Source of the DNA: an uncultured delta proteobacterium | Lineage (GTDB): Bacteria; Desulfobacterota; Desulfuromonadia; Desulfuromonadales; JACZKF01 | Length of the DNA: 64,000 nt | NCBI GenBank assembly: GCA_963816395.1 | Contig: CAWFKQ010000007.1 | Location: 384,001 to 448,000 of the forward strand | Direction of reading: 5' to 3' | Part shown: positions 63,319-64,000 of the stretch, piece after piece | Position numbering within the stretch: the first letter of the stretch is position 1 | Layout: every line of letters begins with the position of its first letter | The notes under the pieces: model-generated | Told to the model about the DNA's origin: nothing | Databases searched by the model: none | Seen by the model: the letters and a program-made list of their open reading frames with translations, nothing else | Made by a program: the position numbers and the translations under genes

Positions 63319-64000
63319 TTACAAATACTTTTCCGCGAGAATTTCGGCGATCTGCACGGCGTTGGTGGCGGCGCCCTTGCGCAGGTTGTCGGCACAGATC
63401 CACAAGTTGAGACCGTTGGCAATCGTCCCATCCTCGCGGACCCGGCCGACCAGAACCTGGTCCTGGCCGGCGGCATCGACCGGCATCGGGTAGAGCCCGT
63501 TCGCCGGATCATCGACCAGGTTGACGCCGGCAGCGCCGTCAAGCAGCTCGCGCGCCCTGGCGGCGGTAATCTTCGTCACCGTTTCGACATTGACCGATTC
63601 GCTGTGGCCATAGAAGACCGGCACGCGAACGGTGGTGGCGGTCACCCCGATGTTGTCGTCCGCCAGGATCTTGCGGGTCTCATTGACCATTTTCATCTCT
63701 TCCCCGGTGTAGCCGTTTTCCAGGAAGGAGTCGATCTGCGGCAGGCAGTTGAAGGCGATCTGATGCGGGTAGACCTTTGGCGCGGAAGGCCGGCCGTTGA
63801 GTAGTTCACCGGCCTGGATGCGCAACTCATCGATGGCTTTCTGCCCGGTTCCGGAAACCGCCTGGTAGGTAGAGACCACGATGCGCCGGATGCCGCCGAA
63901 GTCGTGGAGGGGTTTGAGCGCCACCACCAGCTGGATGGTTGAGCAGTTGGGATTGGCGATAATTCCCCGGTTGACATAGCGGGCGATTTCCTGGGGGTTG
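63319..64000 (-). CDS. asd: Aspartate-semialdehyde dehydrogenase (5' end outside the window)
   Basis: IANPNCSTIQ, STYQAVSGTG, EEMKM, RVPVFYGHSE, DNLRKGAA. Confidence 0.95.
   Translation of the reverse strand, partial: NPQEIARYVNRGIIANPNCSTIQLVVALKPLHDFGGIRRIVVSTYQAVSGTGQKAIDELRIQAGELLNGRPSAPKVYPHQIAFNCLPQIDSFLENGYTGEEMKMVNETRKILADDNIGVTATTVRVPVFYGHSESVNVETVTKITAARARELLDGAAGVNLVDDPANGLYPMPVDAAGQDQVLVGRVREDGTIANGLNLWICADNLRKGAATNAVQIAEILAEKYL

Overview
GC-rich bacterial chromosome segment. Synteny and gene content (asd-truA-rplM-rpsI-argC-ygiQ, queA-tgt-yajC-secDF-recJ, pheA-tyrA-aroA-cmk-ispH-rpsA-sppA-ihfB, mqnA, GEMM riboswitches) suggest a Desulfuromonadales/Geobacter-like organism; this is inference. 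The left half (1-30.5 kb) is accessory and lies downstream of the 3' end of tRNA-Leu(TAA). It holds a giant repetitive surface protein behind two complete tandem c-di-GMP-I riboswitches, and a LacI-regulated glucarate/galactarate cluster with a TTT transporter and four visible operators. It also holds a GntR-regulated 2-hydroxy/2-oxoacid oxidation operon whose delta subunit appears to carry an inserted GltD-like flavoprotein. A debris zone next to the tRNA contains a RAYT with REPs inside its own gene, a toxin-antitoxin pair bracketed by heptamer direct repeats, and HsdM and MNT-HEPN scars. The right half is mostly housekeeping. It includes a promoter-to-terminator non-coding unit with a 6S-like RNA plus a second, unidentified ~165-nt structured RNA, and an HD-GYP/GGDEF pair with a periplasmic CXXCH motif. 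Several 7-8-bp-periodic intergenic fold-back repeats are dispersed through it. Many single-base frameshifts, including in recJ, truA and tgt, point to indel sequencing errors rather than real pseudogenes. No CRISPR array, rRNA or integrase was seen.
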